Assembly: GCA_964016885.1 (NCBI GenBank)
Contig: OZ024740.1
Span: forward strand, 326,616,001 to 326,680,000
DNA from: Eledone cirrhosa
Lineage: Eukaryota
DNA length: 64,000 nt
Direction of reading: 5' to 3'
Part shown: in pieces, positions 39,781 through 53,880 of the stretch
Numbering within the stretch: the first letter of the stretch is position 1
Layout of the letters: each line of letters opens with the position of its first letter
Position numbers and translations under genes: made by a program
Notes under the pieces: model-generated
What the model saw: the letters and a program-made list of their open reading frames with translations, nothing else
Told to the model about the DNA's origin: nothing
Database searches by the model: none

Positions 39781-42505
39781 TATAGAATTCACAAGAATCA
39801 AAGCTATGTTCAAAGCATTTATTCACTTACAATTGTTTCATCCAAACCTAGGCTTGGCGTCTTCGGAGCATTTTTCAATGTTTGTACATATAATTGACCT
39901 CATTTCCAACGCAAGAGACATACAGATACACATATATATATATATATTGATGTACAGTGGACTGACATATATTATACTATACTATTTTTGTACAGCAATT
40001 CAAATTCAAGATCAAAATCAAAATCAAAATCAAAATCAAAATTAAAATACATTCGGCAGATAACACAGATAATGCAGGAGGATAGTTTGATAGTCAGATC
40101 TAGTAGGTAGTGTATGCGTTAGCTACACATGGAGCATGCAAGTGTGTCTCATTTTTATACGATTATTGTGTGGCAAGGTGTTACATGTAATGCAAGCACT
40201 TTAAGCGGGTAAGCAAGAGCATTATGGTGGTTGTAGTGGTAGGGTATTTTTTGTATAGATCAAAAAGGTATGTGTGCAGAAAAATAAAAATAAAAAGAAG
40301 AAGCAAAAGAAAGTTATAGTTTTCGTATCCACCACCATTTTCACATTCAGAAAAAGTAAGTAATAGTTTTTACATCCATCACATAAGTAACGATGATTCC
40401 GTAATGAATGTTTGATGCATTAAATTATTGTAGCGTATTGAGGCTCAGTGTTATTTAATCCATATTTATAGAATAGGTTCTCTCTGCTGCGAGAATTTAC
40501 AGTGGTTTATTACCCGGAAGTAGGTATGTAATTAAGGGGAGTTAATGTGTAAGGGGAGGTAACTAGCTGATTCTCAGAACCAAATTCATTGTTCTAACAT
40601 ACATTATATGGTGCCTCAATTGAGTCCCTTATATAAACGGTTATATATTTATATCTAGTTTTCAATTTTAAATACAGTCTACTCTATCATAATGTACTAA
40701 AGGTATCTATAGTAAGTCTTATTATATCGTGCTACAATTGAATTTCCCATATAAAGTGCCATATCTTTATATCAAAGTTCACTGTAAATAGTCTACTCTC
40801 AAAACATATCAGAGGACCTATTAGAATTTTGTCTACATAACCCCTGGTAAGTTATGGAGCAACGTATGGCTGTTTGCATGACAAAACCAAATAGATCTCT
40901 AGGGCACACAAATACATCCCTCATTTACAATGTCATTAATCTATCCATTAAGTTATACTTGCATATATAATTCATATATAATTCATATATAATTCATTGC
41001 AGCACCCTACATATAAGTTAGACAGATCCCTTATGTTAATAAATTAATCCTATATATATCCAATGTTATTACTCCATTCATTTAATTACAATTGCATATA
41101 TAATTCACTGCCGTATCTAGTATTTAAAGTTTATATAGACTGTATTATATCACTACATAATTATAAGTAATTGAAAGTAATTATATTAAAAGTAGGTGTT
41201 TATGGGGATATTTCTAGGGTATAAAGTTATAGATAGATGGAATGATTTGTGTCGAGATAGGGTGGATCAGAGAGTGTGGTGTTGTGGTGTAACGCGTGCC
41301 CTTGAGGTGTGGTGTTAGAAGCGTTGATGGGTTCAAGTCTGACATTGTTATATATTGGGTTTAAAGTTTTGGAAGGAGTGCCGGAAGCGGTGCTGGCACG
41401 ACGCAAACACTTCCGATTTTTTTATTAAGGAGGTTAAGGTTCGAGAAGATTATAGTATGGGTCTCTAGTAGACAGAGGTTACAGAATTTATTAGGTGGTT
41501 TGTACGATGCCGCCTTATCCATCACTTCCCATTGAAGTGTATAAGATCTATTTCTAGTTTTTAGATAGTGTATGTAGCTAGATAGTGAAGTGGAGTTGGC
41601 TAGACTGTGTTTTTTGAAAGAATGGAGGTGTGAATTGTATCTGGTTTTGAAGCAGTTCGAAGTAGAGCCTATATAGGTTTCAGAAGAGTTGCTAGTTTTG
41701 ACGGTGCATGATGTCTTTGATTAAGCAGTTTTTATCTAAAGGGCAGGTTCTATTAGATCTACAGTTACAATTATTTTGGATGTTAACCTGCCGGTTATTA
41801 TGTTGTGTAGAAGTCTGGTTGCTAGGTATTGCATTATGGCTATGGGGGTTGTCGCTCCCAGTGTTATTGATTTCACTAGTGTTATTACTATTATTACTAT
41901 TGATATCAGGGTTTGCAGATATTACGTTGTTTTGAAAGTTTACCCCCTGCTGTGTTTTAGTTTGTTGAAAGTAAGTATTAATCTTTATTTTATTGCTACT
42001 AGCTATGTGGTATGCTATGTTAGGCGTGGTAGAGTAGGAGATTTTAATGGTGTTTTTATTTATAAGACTATGGTACTTGTGGTCAGATGGGAAGTTTTTA
42101 TCCAGGAGTGAGAAGAAAGCTTTTGGTAGGTTGGTAGAGACGTTTAGATTGAAGGGGGGTTGAAAAATGTATTAGTTCTTCTTCTATTTTTGTTTTTTAT
42201 GTCTGGTGAGATGTTTCCGTTTATGATATTTGGTGTCCTCTCTGGTGTGAATTACGTTTGTTGCCACCCTTCGTACTAGTGTGTGTGTGTGTGTGGTAAT
42301 TATTCTTATTACTATTTTTCCTCATGGACATATTGTGCGAAATAATGTTGTAATTATGTGTTTTTATAGGTAGGAACTCGAAAGGAGGTCAATTATATGT
42401 ACAAACATTGAAAAATGCTCCGTATACTCCAAGCCTAGGTTTGGATGAAACAATTGTAAGTGTATAAATGGTTTGAACATAGCTTTGATTCTTGTGAATT
42501 CTATA
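39781..42505 (-). mobile_element. Degenerate Hydra-clade-like PLE 3' part with terminal inverted pLTR pieces
   Basis: Manual translation: FFNPP (about 42160), CNCRSNRTCPL (about 41750), YIGSTSNCFKTRYNSHLHSF (about 41640). 39781-39901 is inverted at 42385-42505. Confidence 0.85.
39825..39869 (-). ncRNA. Hammerhead-like motif with U4C core; a more decayed inverted copy is at 42417-42461
   Basis: GCT-CCGAAGA-cg-CCAAGC-ctag-GTTTGG-at-GAAA-C-AATT-G-TA-AGT. Confidence 0.6.
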
Positions 42506-43224
42506 TAACTGCTCTGTAGAACAACTGATGTTGTTACATTGAGCTATTTATCTTACTGGTAATAAGGTAGTAATAAATTACTGACCTTCACTGTTTAAGG
42601 TTTAAAATATACATAACTATAAAAATTTAATATATACATAACCATAAATAGTATCCTTAATATTATATATATGTATGTATATATATATATATATATATGA
42701 AAAGAAAAGAGAAGTAAGGCTCTATACAAAACAGTGGTTATAGAGAAAAGGTGAGGTTGGAAATAGCACGGAAAATATATTTTAGGGTCTGTTCTTTTTT
42801 TTCCTTTCTTTGATTCGTCAAAGTGACATTATTGAAAAAATGAGAGGGACAATTCTTTTAAAAAAGAGTTTTATAATGTAAATAAAGTATATCAAGTATT
42901 ACCAGTTTCAATGTATTATTAAATTTCATCTTATCAAATGTTGAGTATTACAATTAAAAATAATTAATAAGAATTAAAAACTAAAAATCAAAGATCTAAA
43001 ATTAAGAGGTAAGTTTTTTTTCACGTTCCTTGTTGAGAAGGAAACTGGAAAATGAACTCTTGTGTATAGACAGAGAGGTGTGTAGTCATGATAGTAGCAG
43101 CAGCAGTGTTGGTAGTTGTGTTTCTTCACATAGAACAAAATTGTTTTTAGGGACAAAGGAAATATTCTGTAAATATGTGTGTGTATCTCAATTGTGTTAA
43201 TGGACATTCAAACAGTTACGGGTG

Positions 43225-43273
<49 letters not shown>

Positions 43274-43322
43274 TGAGAGAGAAAGAAAGAGAGACAGATA
43301 TGTATATGTATATTTATGTATG

Positions 43323-43378
<56 letters not shown>

Positions 43379-44221
43379 ACTTTTTAAAAACATAAGAACT
43401 GTGAAACCGGTAAAGTAAATAAATATTCGTAAAAGACTCCAGTTGCATTTTCAATTTCTTTTCCTTATATATATATAACCCAAAATTGCAGCATTAATTG
43501 TACATGCACTAGTGGCTTAGTAGATAAGAGCGTTAGTTTAGAAATATTAGTTCCAAGTTGGAATGCAATTTTATACTAAGTTCACATTAAAAAAAAAGAA
43601 GCCTGTTGACAATCGATCAAGTGGGTAGTAACGCAATTTATAGGTTAATATTTAAAACAATTTTCATCTGTAAGGGTGTAGTCAACACACCAAATAGTTT
43701 TTTTTTTAATTTCTAAGAGTGAAGTAAGTAGTGCAGAAAATTATAATCCTATTCACAAAAAGCAAAACCATCTCAGACATTTTAGATATTGAAATAAATT
43801 GGAATCTAATGTAATTTTGGTTTGTATTAAAACTACAGATTACAAGACAAACATCACCATTTGATGACTTAAATCATTTACTTTTGCAATTCAGAGTCCT
43901 TGATTTACCTTTTCGTTATGTTGATTCGTATTAATTCCCCTTGATTCATCTAAATTCGACCGGTTTATTCATATTAGTCGATTGTCGGTAATATCAATTA
44001 CATTCCAAGGTAACCTAACTTGATTTACAAGATGTTCTTTTCCAAGCAACAAGAAGACTAAATAGTTAATAACGTTATAAATAAATGCTACCATGATTGA
44101 TGTTTCTTATCAGTTCAGTTTGCTTGAAAATGATGTATGATTTCTGATCTTTCTGTCAGATTATGTAACACATTGCGATCGGTGACTGTTCGTTCGTCTC
44201 TCAGATTTCCACCTGGAAAAG

Positions 44222-44364
<143 letters not shown>

Positions 44365-44493
44365 GGATAGTGTATTTTGTATTGATATTATTGCATTATA
44401 TATTCCTATAGTATATATGTAGATAAGGCGTAGGGTTTAAAATGTCTACTATACACCGTGTGTATTGATACCTCTACGACTCTGCTTGGAGTC

Positions 44494-44499
44494 TTTTGA

Positions 44500-44563
<64 letters not shown>

Positions 44564-45189
44564 TTGGAGCTCTGAAATAGCAATATATATATGGATGTAT
44601 ATATAATGTATTTTGCAATACACTTTATGCTTAATTAAAAGCATTTTGAAGACCGTAAGCTATTGTTTTAAAGTAGTGACAAATTCACTCACTTTAATCT
44701 CAGCAAACAGGGGAGATAAGCCGACAAGACTTGTTTCGCTTTGGTTGAAGCTTATCAAGGCCAACTACCCCACCTGTCTACTGAGATCATTGATGTTATA
44801 TTCTTATAGAAATCTAGTAAATAATCAGGAGCTGATTATGCAGAGCGGTTGTTGGTCAGGCAGAAATTAAAAATTAGAATTGGAGCTCTGAAATAGCAAT
44901 ATATATATAATTTTTAATTTCTGCCTGACCAACAACCGCTCTGCATAATCAGCTCCTGATTATTTACTAGATTTCTATAAGAATATAACATCAATGATCT
45001 CAGTAGACAGGTGGGGTAGTTGGCCTTGATAAGCTTCAACCAAAGCGAAACAAGTCTTGTCGGCTTATCTCCCCTGTTTGCTGAGATCAAAGTGAGTGAA
45101 TTTGTCACTACTTTAAAACAATAGCTTACGGTCTTCAAAATGCTTTTAATTAAGCATAAAGTGTATTGCAAAATACATTATATATACAT

Positions 45190-45248
<59 letters not shown>

Positions 45249-45254
45249 TCAAAA
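44494..45254. repeat. 316-bp unit with a partial tandem repeat and a near-perfect inverted copy, in (TA)n
   Basis: 44558-44590 is repeated at 44874-44908; 44585-44875 is inverted at 44909-45199; outer 14-bp inverted repeat at 44494-44507/45241-45254. Confidence 0.92.
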
Positions 45255-45721
45255 TATATGTAGATGGAAATAGCCATGGAAACTTCAGATGGTCGTGCTC
45301 CTGATTTATGGAGGTAATTAAATGTGGGGGTGATCGATAGAAGACACATCTATTTTATACTCCTAATAGATTAAGATTTATTTATTTAGTACCAGTTATA
45401 TCTGGGGATGCGAAAAAGAAATGAAGTATGAGTTATAAGCCTTATTATTAGATCTAAATTTAACACCTTTATACTCCTTTAATCTTGGGAGGTGAATGGT
45501 GAATGTGTGACAATAGCACCAGTTCATTACCATAACAGAAATTGAACGGAGAATTTCTCTGGGAGCTCCTAAATAATCTTCCCTTTAAATGTCTGAATGT
45601 GTCACATTTAGAACATTTCTTATCTATCTTCTCCACGTAGTTTATTTTAATTTCATTTAAAAAAAAATCCGTTACCTGTCTCATGTTTGAAAATTAGTTT
45701 CAATAGTAGATAATCTTATAA

Positions 45722-45950
45722 TACGAAGGTCGGCTGAAAAGTTCATAATCTGAAAAGTTCATAATCTGAAAAGTTCATAATCTGAAAAGTTCATAATCTG
45801 AAAAGTTCATAAGCTGAAAAGTTCATAAGCTGAAAAGTTCATAAGCTGAAAAGTATATAGGTTCATAAGTTCATAAGCTGAAAAGTTCATAGGTTGATCA
45901 ATATACTCTCATGGAATGACCAAATGAGGTTTATTTTTCAACATAGTCCC
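45722..45950 (+). mobile_element. Mariner-like terminus with internal 16-bp tandem amplification
   Basis: TA-cgaaggtcggctgaaaagt start; ctgaaaagttcataa(t/g) in about 9 copies (45734-45893). Confidence 0.65.
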
Positions 45951-46447
45951 TGGAAAGAAACAATGCAGTTATTAATAAAAAGTTGAAATTAATGCACGAA
46001 AGATTTCGACACCAACTAAATATCAGGTGGCGAACTATTGTAGTGCAGAAACTTCTCATGGCCGTGAAAAAAAAACTACTTAACAACCAGAAGATTATAA
46101 GTAACTTTCAAATGAATGACTACACCATCAGCTACATCGAGAATGCCGCTGAAACACTAGTACCGTTTGGTCACCCATACAACATCACAATGGTCTCCAC
46201 TAGTTGTTAGACGGTGACTATGAGGAGTACTGGCCATGAAAGAATTAGATAGGTAGACAGATAGACATAAATAAAGTAGACAGAGATACATAGCAAATAG
46301 ACTGATACATAAATACATAGATAGATGGATAGAAAGTTAAACAGAGATACAAATAGAGACAGAGAGATTCGTACTGATAGGTGCGCGCACGCACACAGAC
46401 ACACACATATATATAATATATATATATATATATAAAGAGAAAGATAG

Positions 46448-46491
<44 letters not shown>

Positions 46492-47636
46492 AGAGTGAGT
46501 CAGAGAGTGAGAGAGAGAGGGGGAGAAAGAAAGAGAAAGAAAGAGCGAGAGAGAGATGGATAGGGAAGGAGAGAGGGAGATCGGGACTGACAAAGATGGA
46601 TAGTTTGATAGACAAAGACCACAAGAAAGGTTCACAGCGATGTCATTCACATCAACGTTATATTTGTTGTCTACATTCCTGAATAAATTGCACGGGAGAA
46701 GGTGGTGTTATGTGGTCGTTGTAACATGAAAAACCAATCATTTGACACGGACTAAAGGACATTTTGATATTTTCTTTTGATTTAACAAGATTTTTTTAAT
46801 CAAATGAATATAGAATAAGCCGAGTGAATTGATCTTTGAGTTAATTCCCTTTGCGACACCATGAACGTAACAATCCCCATCGTGTTCTCTCACTTTATTA
46901 AAGCCAATCGAGTTAATAGATAAATTGTCCAGCAGAAAATACAGCCATTTGATGTATAACTATATTTTACCTGTGTGTAAAATAAATAATCTATGTTGCT
47001 ACTGGTCATTACCAATGAGTTAGGCACGCGGAAAGCCTACGTTATAAATAAAGGTTCTGAGTTCTAAATCAACTTAAGGATAATATATATATATTAATAA
47101 TAATAAATTTGAAGAGTAAAATCCAAAGAGGGCTCGATAAGGATAAATATATATCAAATATATAAGAACCCTAGAGCAAGGGTGAAAGCAGCGATTCTTT
47201 GCTTAAACTTTAATCTGTTATTTTAATAAATAAATAAATATATATATATATATGTATATATATATATGTCTGTAAATGTGTGTGTTTATGTAGAGTTACT
47301 TGAGAGTGATTTAGTATTACGAAAGAACGAGTAAACATAGAGTTAATCTATCATAGTATTAGTAAGGCACTAAAAATATGCCAGTTTCGTTGAGACATTA
47401 ATGTCTATAAAACTGGCGTTTTTTTCCAGAGTATTACTAATACCTTGTATTAATATATATATATATATAAAAAAACCCAAAAAACAAACAAAAATAAACC
47501 CCTTTTAAAGGGAGACTACTCTTTATCCACCTAATTTTAACTCTTTGACATTAGAGATAGAACAGATACTCTATACTATTTCCTGTCAGCATGACTTGGC
47601 AAGCTATTTAGAACACTGGTTTGAGAGCTTTACTTC

Positions 47637-47671
47637 CCTCTGAAGAAGAGATATTATCTCGAAAATTAAGG
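47637..47671 (+). ncRNA. Minimal type I hammerhead
   Basis: CCT-CTGAAGA-a-GAGAT-att-ATCTC-GAAA-AT-TA-AGG. Confidence 0.8.
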
Positions 47672-47837
47672 ACATTTAAATAAATCTAAGGTAAAAGACT
47701 ATTTGTCAACAATATCTTTTGCATTTGCATTCTTTATTCTATGTCCATACCTGCATTGTTTTGGCTTTATTATACATATACAAACGTTTATACCTCATTA
47801 CACAATGCTTCAAGTGAACTATAACCTCCTCCCATAC

Positions 47838-47870
<33 letters not shown>

Positions 47871-48082
47871 TAGGGTGGCCACTGAAAGACGGAATGTTAT
47901 AAAACAAAACTAACTTTTACAAACACATGGTTTTTTATTTTTTATTATTTTATTTGGAAATATAAGTAATGGATTCTTTTTCGGCATTATGAGTGAAAAT
48001 CAACAAGGATGCTCTATAACCTGCAAAAAAAACAAAGAAAATAAAAAAAGATGGAAAACGAACAAGTTTTTCAGTGGCCACC

Positions 48083-48085
<3 letters not shown>
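47871..48085. mobile_element. Tc1/mariner-type MITE
   Basis: TIR agggtggccactgaaa / tttcagtggccaccctg-TA. Confidence 0.85.
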
Positions 48086-48146
<61 letters not shown>

Positions 48147-48190
48147 CGACGAAACATAAGTCAATTGCATGAACTCATAATCCTTTATTT

Positions 48191-48246
48191 ACTGCTATAT
48201 ATATTTCGATGATAGCCATTGAATGGCTCTGACCTCATCAGGCAGT
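48191..48246 (-). ncRNA. Type I hammerhead
   Basis: ACTGC-CTGATGA-GGT..AGCCAT-tca-ATGGCT..ATC-GAAA-T-ATAT-A-TA-GCAGT. Confidence 0.85.
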
Positions 48247-49030
48247 TAGTCAGTTCTTAGATATGCCAGCTCTGTGTTTATAGTGTTGATGGTATCAGAG
48301 CCTTGGGACATATGAGCTTGTTAGGAATAATTTAATGTTGTCAGCAGGAATAGTCTTAATTCTCATTGGTCAGTTTGTAGATGCTAGTAGGGTTGGTATT
48401 TGACCTCAAAGAGGCAGGCGGTGTTGTAAAGTTCAAACCATTAGGCAAGATGACAATAGTTCCATATGACTGATTTTCACACAAAGCATTCCTGGTCAGA
48501 TATATATTCAATTAAGGTTAATAGTATGAAATATATACTACAGGTCATTCTTAAATTGAGGAATTTATGTGGAGTGGTGCTACTGAAAATTATGGTTAGA
48601 GTAGAAAATTTACAAATAAAAAGACTTATGTAGGTTGGCTTGCACATACACTCACACCCACCCCCACAGACACACACACACATCCACACATACAAATTGA
48701 GGAATTAATGTGGGGTGGTAATACTTAAAATAATGGTTAGAGTCCAATACTTAGATAGTTTAGAAAATTTAGAAATAAAAGGCTTATGTTGGTTGACTTG
48801 TACATACACTCACACCTACCCCCTCAGACACACACACATCTACACACAAAAATCCATACATGTGTGTATATATATATATGTACGCACAAGTATATATATA
48901 TATATAAAATATATATATATATACATAAAATATACATATATATAAAATATATATATAAAATATATATATATACACAAAATATATACATATATAAAATATA
49001 TACACATATAAAATATACATACATACATAT

Positions 49031-49133
<103 letters not shown>

Positions 49134-49229
49134 TACATATATATACATACATATGTATAAAATACACATATATACACACATAAAATATATACATATATAC
49201 ATATAATATATATATATATATAAAATCAG

Positions 49230-51572
49230 GTTCAATAAAACGTGGTTTTAATGACTCCTAACCAGTAGAGGATCCGGTGGACCATCCACCATAGGGACCA
49301 TAAACTATGGGTGGTTGTTGTTGTCCATTGGTCATTGGTACGGGGTGTAGGCGACCTACGGGAGGGGGTGGGGTGGGGTGGGGGGTGGGGGGGGGGGGGT
49401 GAGGGGCGTTGTGGGAGGCCTTAACCGGGGTTTATCCATATAGCTTGAGGAAAGTTCCCGTCCTTAGGTGTCTGCAGGCACCGAATAAGTCGGCCCTTCT
49501 GTTTAATAGCTTGGTTCCGCCATCAAGAGTCTCGAGTGTCTCACTAAGACAGAGGTTGCAAATACCAGACCCGCCCCTGTCTGGGGGAACCTTTCTAACC
49601 ACGGGCCAGACCAGAGAGTGCGGGGTCTTTCAAGTTTGAGCTTCCAGATCAATTCAGAAAGGGCCGTACATTTCCTCTTATCTATTCTGTTAAAGGAATG
49701 GCGTTGGTTATACCACCGATCTTTGAAGCTCGTCGCTGTGGATCCTATGTAGTGGTGCTCCGAGTTAGGGGTTGTGACCTTGCACCTGTAGACTACGTTT
49801 TTCGTCATGCATTCATTACTAAGGGGGCATAGTGATGGGTCTCTGCAATTACATGACTTCTTAAGCCCACCACTTGTACCGCATGGTTCCCATCACTCGG
49901 GGTTGGCTGGGTAGCCTCCGCAATCAGCACAGGGTCGTTGGGTTCCGGTGTGCTAGTTGGGCCTGTCCGGGTTCCGGTGCGTCCCGCGTGGTGGTTCTGT
50001 TGGGTGGCTCCGGGGTTTACGGTGGTATTAGAGGCAGTGAGCCTATTCCTATTTATGCCAGCTATGTGCTGGGCTACCGAGCGTGTGTTTGAGTAGGAAA
50101 GTTTCACCGTGTGCCTGTTGAATATTTTATGGTACTTGTAGGCCCTAGGGAAACATTTATCCAGTACTCTAAAGAATGTTCTAGCCAGGCTGGTACGTAG
50201 ACCCACCGAGTACGGAGGGTTATACCATGTGACCTTCCTGGTCCTATTCTTGCGGGGTTGTTGGGTGTCCGCCGTGTTCCATCGCGTGGTTGTGCACAGC
50301 TCAGGTCGAGCTCGGTTGGTGTCACTCAGGTGTGCGGAGCGGTCACTATCATGAGGGTTATATGGGCCCACCGTGGGGCTATAAACCTGCGAAGTGCGGC
50401 CTCCCTGCTCAATTAGAGTTCGGCGGGTGGTGGGGCTGGTGCAGGAATGCCTATGCTCCGCAGCACAGTGGTCTTCAGCGTTGTAGGTATTAGACCGGTG
50501 GTGGGGTATGCGGGACCTTCTACCGGGGGTGGTGACGGATAGGGGTCTGGGAGTGTTACTACTTGTCACCGAGGTATTAGGTGGGCGACTCATGCCCCTA
50601 AGGGTATTGGTCCGGGGTACCCTTGGGTCATCTCGATCATGTCCCTTAGGGTTGTAGCTGATCCTATGGCTGTGGGACGCCTTGGTTAGCGCTGAGTTAT
50701 AGTAATCAGCGTTACTATTGAAGATCTCTTTATTGGCCGACAAGTTAGAGATCCAGTCAGAGACACTCTTAACTACGGCCTTAACTATAGATCTAGGGTG
50801 ATTGGACCCAGCGTTGATATACACCAGCTTCTCATTGGGTTTATGATATGGGTGGTGTAGCTTGGTGTTGAGGTTGAGGGTGGTGTCCAGGAAATTCACT
50901 ACTTTTCTATTGGGTTCCATCTCTACTTTTAGTCCTACCTTGCTAAATAAGTGCCTAATTCCTCTCTTCATATTTTCGACCATTGTGGTGCTGTGGTCCA
51001 CTACGGTGAAGAGTGCGTCGTCTCGGTACAGCCCGCCACCCAGGTTGGGTATTTTTCTCCAGATTTCGTAGAGTATGTATATCCCAACCAAGTCCGTTAG
51101 CTGCGCGGAGTCACTGGAGCCCATTGTAATGTCAAAATTATTTGGCCAGTCGCTCCGGGTCCATATGTCCCCACCGAATCGGATCAGGGCCTTTCTGGCG
51201 GCGTGTATGATTCGGACCTCGTCGCGTGTTAGGTCTGTCCTATTCATCGCGAATATGAGTGCCCTGTTCAGGACTATGGGCGAGATAGAGGAGTAGTAAT
51301 TGTTGATGTCTAGTTGTATGAAGCTAGTCCTATGTTTGTCAGGTAAAAATGTAAACCAGTTCAGCACCTGGCTGGTGCAGGACCAGAGTTGTAACCTTAT
51401 TTTACTCTTAAGTGTGGGCAGGATCCTATCTTAAATACTTTTGCTAATAACCCCCATGTCTGACCGGGAGGGGGCTATCAGTCTGACCGGCAGGTTAGAC
51501 TCGAAGTTTGGTTTGTGGTCCTTAATGGTAATCCTCGGCTTCCTTGGTTGGTATGGGGCCGTCCTATCATCT
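49230..51572 (-). mobile_element. Hydra-clade-like PLE, 5'-truncated
   Basis: ITIKDHKPNF..VRLIAPSRSDMG; FDITMGSSDSAQ; LYRDD; WYNPPYS; VVYRCKV..YIGST..FKDRWYNQ; adjacent to TA-rich tracts. Confidence 0.9.
49805..51367 (-). pseudogene. PLE reverse transcriptase (520-aa open stretch); GIY-YIG frameshifted into 49503-49808
   Basis: ORF track motifs; clear homologue of ORF 1793-2608. Confidence 0.9.
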
Positions 51573-51671
51573 ATACCAATATATATATGTAAATGTATGT
51601 AAAAGGTAAACAGAAATAACAACATATGGAAGGGATATATTAGGTTAACACTTGATATAGCAAGAAGAGGG

Positions 51672-51707
51672 TCTTAACGTTTCGGAAGCTATTCCTTCAT
51701 CAGAAGA
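51672..51707 (-). ncRNA. Minimal type I hammerhead
   Basis: TCTT-CTGATGA-a-GGAA-tagc-TTCC-GAAA-CG-TT-AAGA (palindromic AACGTT). Confidence 0.88.
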
Positions 51708-53066
51708 AAGAATGAGAAATAAGATAGATTGAGGGGACGGGCGGGTTGGATTGGAAAAAATGTCTTTAGGTAAAAATAACAGGTCCATTCATGTTGACAT
51801 CTCTTGCAAAACTGTTGGTGCTGGTGTTTTGTATATGATTTATTTTTTAAAAAAGTGGATGATGGAGCGCGTCTACCTGAAATGGAAAAAAAAAACGTTT
51901 TGTAAAAAGTGCTATACTTGTGCACGTACGCTCGCGCGCGTGTATATATATATATATATATATATATTAATACATGGTATTAGTAATACATACACACAGA
52001 CACACACACACATATATATCAAAAATGAAACAGTAATAATTGCTTAGTCATACCATAAACGATACTACTATAACAATTACCCACCCCATCTAAGGTTTTA
52101 AGGAGATGCTCAACCAACTGAAATGTGTGTGATTTAAAGGAAATTTGGCTCCTATTTTTAGTAAGTTGAGTGGCCGCGTAAAGGCACCTTTGTTGGCCTC
52201 AGTATGTATTTGGGTTTGCATAAATGAATGAGACTACCCACAATCTTTAATGATTTAAAATCTCTATGTAGGTGTATGTATGTGCGTGTTTGTTTGTACA
52301 TAATTAAGGTGTAGTGGCAGCACGGGTGAATGTTTAAGAAAGTTTCTTTGAAATCACAAGGTATCAGGTTAGTTCCCAACGTGTGGATTCTTAGGGAAGT
52401 GCCTTTTACCATAGTCTCGAGTCGACCCAAGCTTTGAGGGCAAAGATGGGTAGACAGAAATTATGCGAAAGGCCTCTATGCTATCGGTCAAACTCTCTCC
52501 AAATCTATGACAACCAACGAAAATGTTTCGTGTATTAGTTGATGAAGTGGAACGACTCGAATATACTATGGACTCTTTAAGAATATATTTCTTAAGTGAA
52601 TACAAAATGGATTAGTTGAATTCTACTGACGCCCTATAGAAAATGTTACTTTTTATCGAAGGTGTATGTTCCAGTTTCATACCTTGTATTGATATTTTGA
52701 GCTCAATCAAGCTGGATTCCTCTGCATTTATCTTGCTGGCCGAAATTTATCTGATGTCGTATGTATTACATAAGACATCAAATACATTTTGGCTAGTTTT
52801 ATTTCATTTCCTTCTAATCAACAAATTTACGTGTGAGCAGTAAATTGCTCCACATTGAAGTCATGAAAATAATAAAAAATCTTAACGAGCTGGATATACA
52901 CAGGTAGAGTTAATGTTAACAGAGAGCACAGAAGTAGATTTCAAAGTATTATATTGTTTATTTTATGTTTTTATCAAAGGCTGGAATATAACGGCCATCT
53001 TTGCGGGACTTCGAGATTCGTAGAAGTAATGCAAGTAATATATATATATAATATATACATACATAT

Positions 53067-53116
<50 letters not shown>

Positions 53117-53587
53117 TTTTTTTCCTTATCATTTATTTCACTAGCCGTGTATAAATTTAAAATATAAAAAGGTATATAAAGGAAAAAAGTATGATACACT
53201 ATTTACAAAGAAGAGAATAAAAAGTTCTTAGGAATGGAATGAAGTGGCTCATTATTGAGAATGTGCTAATCAGGCTAGTGGTGCCGCCAATAAGGATTAT
53301 AGTTCTTTCATGACTGTCTGTCATTTGTTATTTTATTTACAAATGTTGAAATATATATGCTCTAATGTTACTAAAAATGGTAGGTTTTTACCAGAAACAG
53401 GTGTTTTGATTACTCAACAGCATCTCTTTCATATATATATTCTTTACATCTTTTGAGTCTGGAAGAGTTGGATCTTTGCACACAAAATGATTCCAGACAA
53501 TTGGTCCACGATAATGGTAGCTGAATTTATTACATTTTGTTATGGCATAACTATTACATAACTTTGTGTTTGTCTTTTTTAATCTTG

Positions 53588-53737
<150 letters not shown>

Positions 53738-53845
53738 ATATAAATATATATGTAAAAAGTAAACAGTAAACAGAAATAACAAAGCAAACGACACAGTGCT
53801 ATAAAGAAATATATTAGTTTAATGCTTAAATTAATAAGGAAAGAG

Positions 53846-53880
53846 TGTTAATGTTTCGGACATAGTCCTTCATCAGAAGA
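53846..53880 (-). ncRNA. Minimal hammerhead, homologue of 51672
   Basis: TCTT-CTGATGA-a-GGAC-tat-GTCC-GAAA-CA-TT-AACA. Confidence 0.72.

Noticed and set aside
41280-41425. Pol III A/B-box-like motifs with a hairpin and T-run
   Set aside because: No cloverleaf can be formed; the hairpin and T-run are the antisense of the GIY-YIG C-terminus (NKKSEVFASCQHR).
44613-45171. Identical 85-aa ORF on both strands
   Set aside because: A by-product of the inverted duplication; non-ATG start and no recognisable motif.
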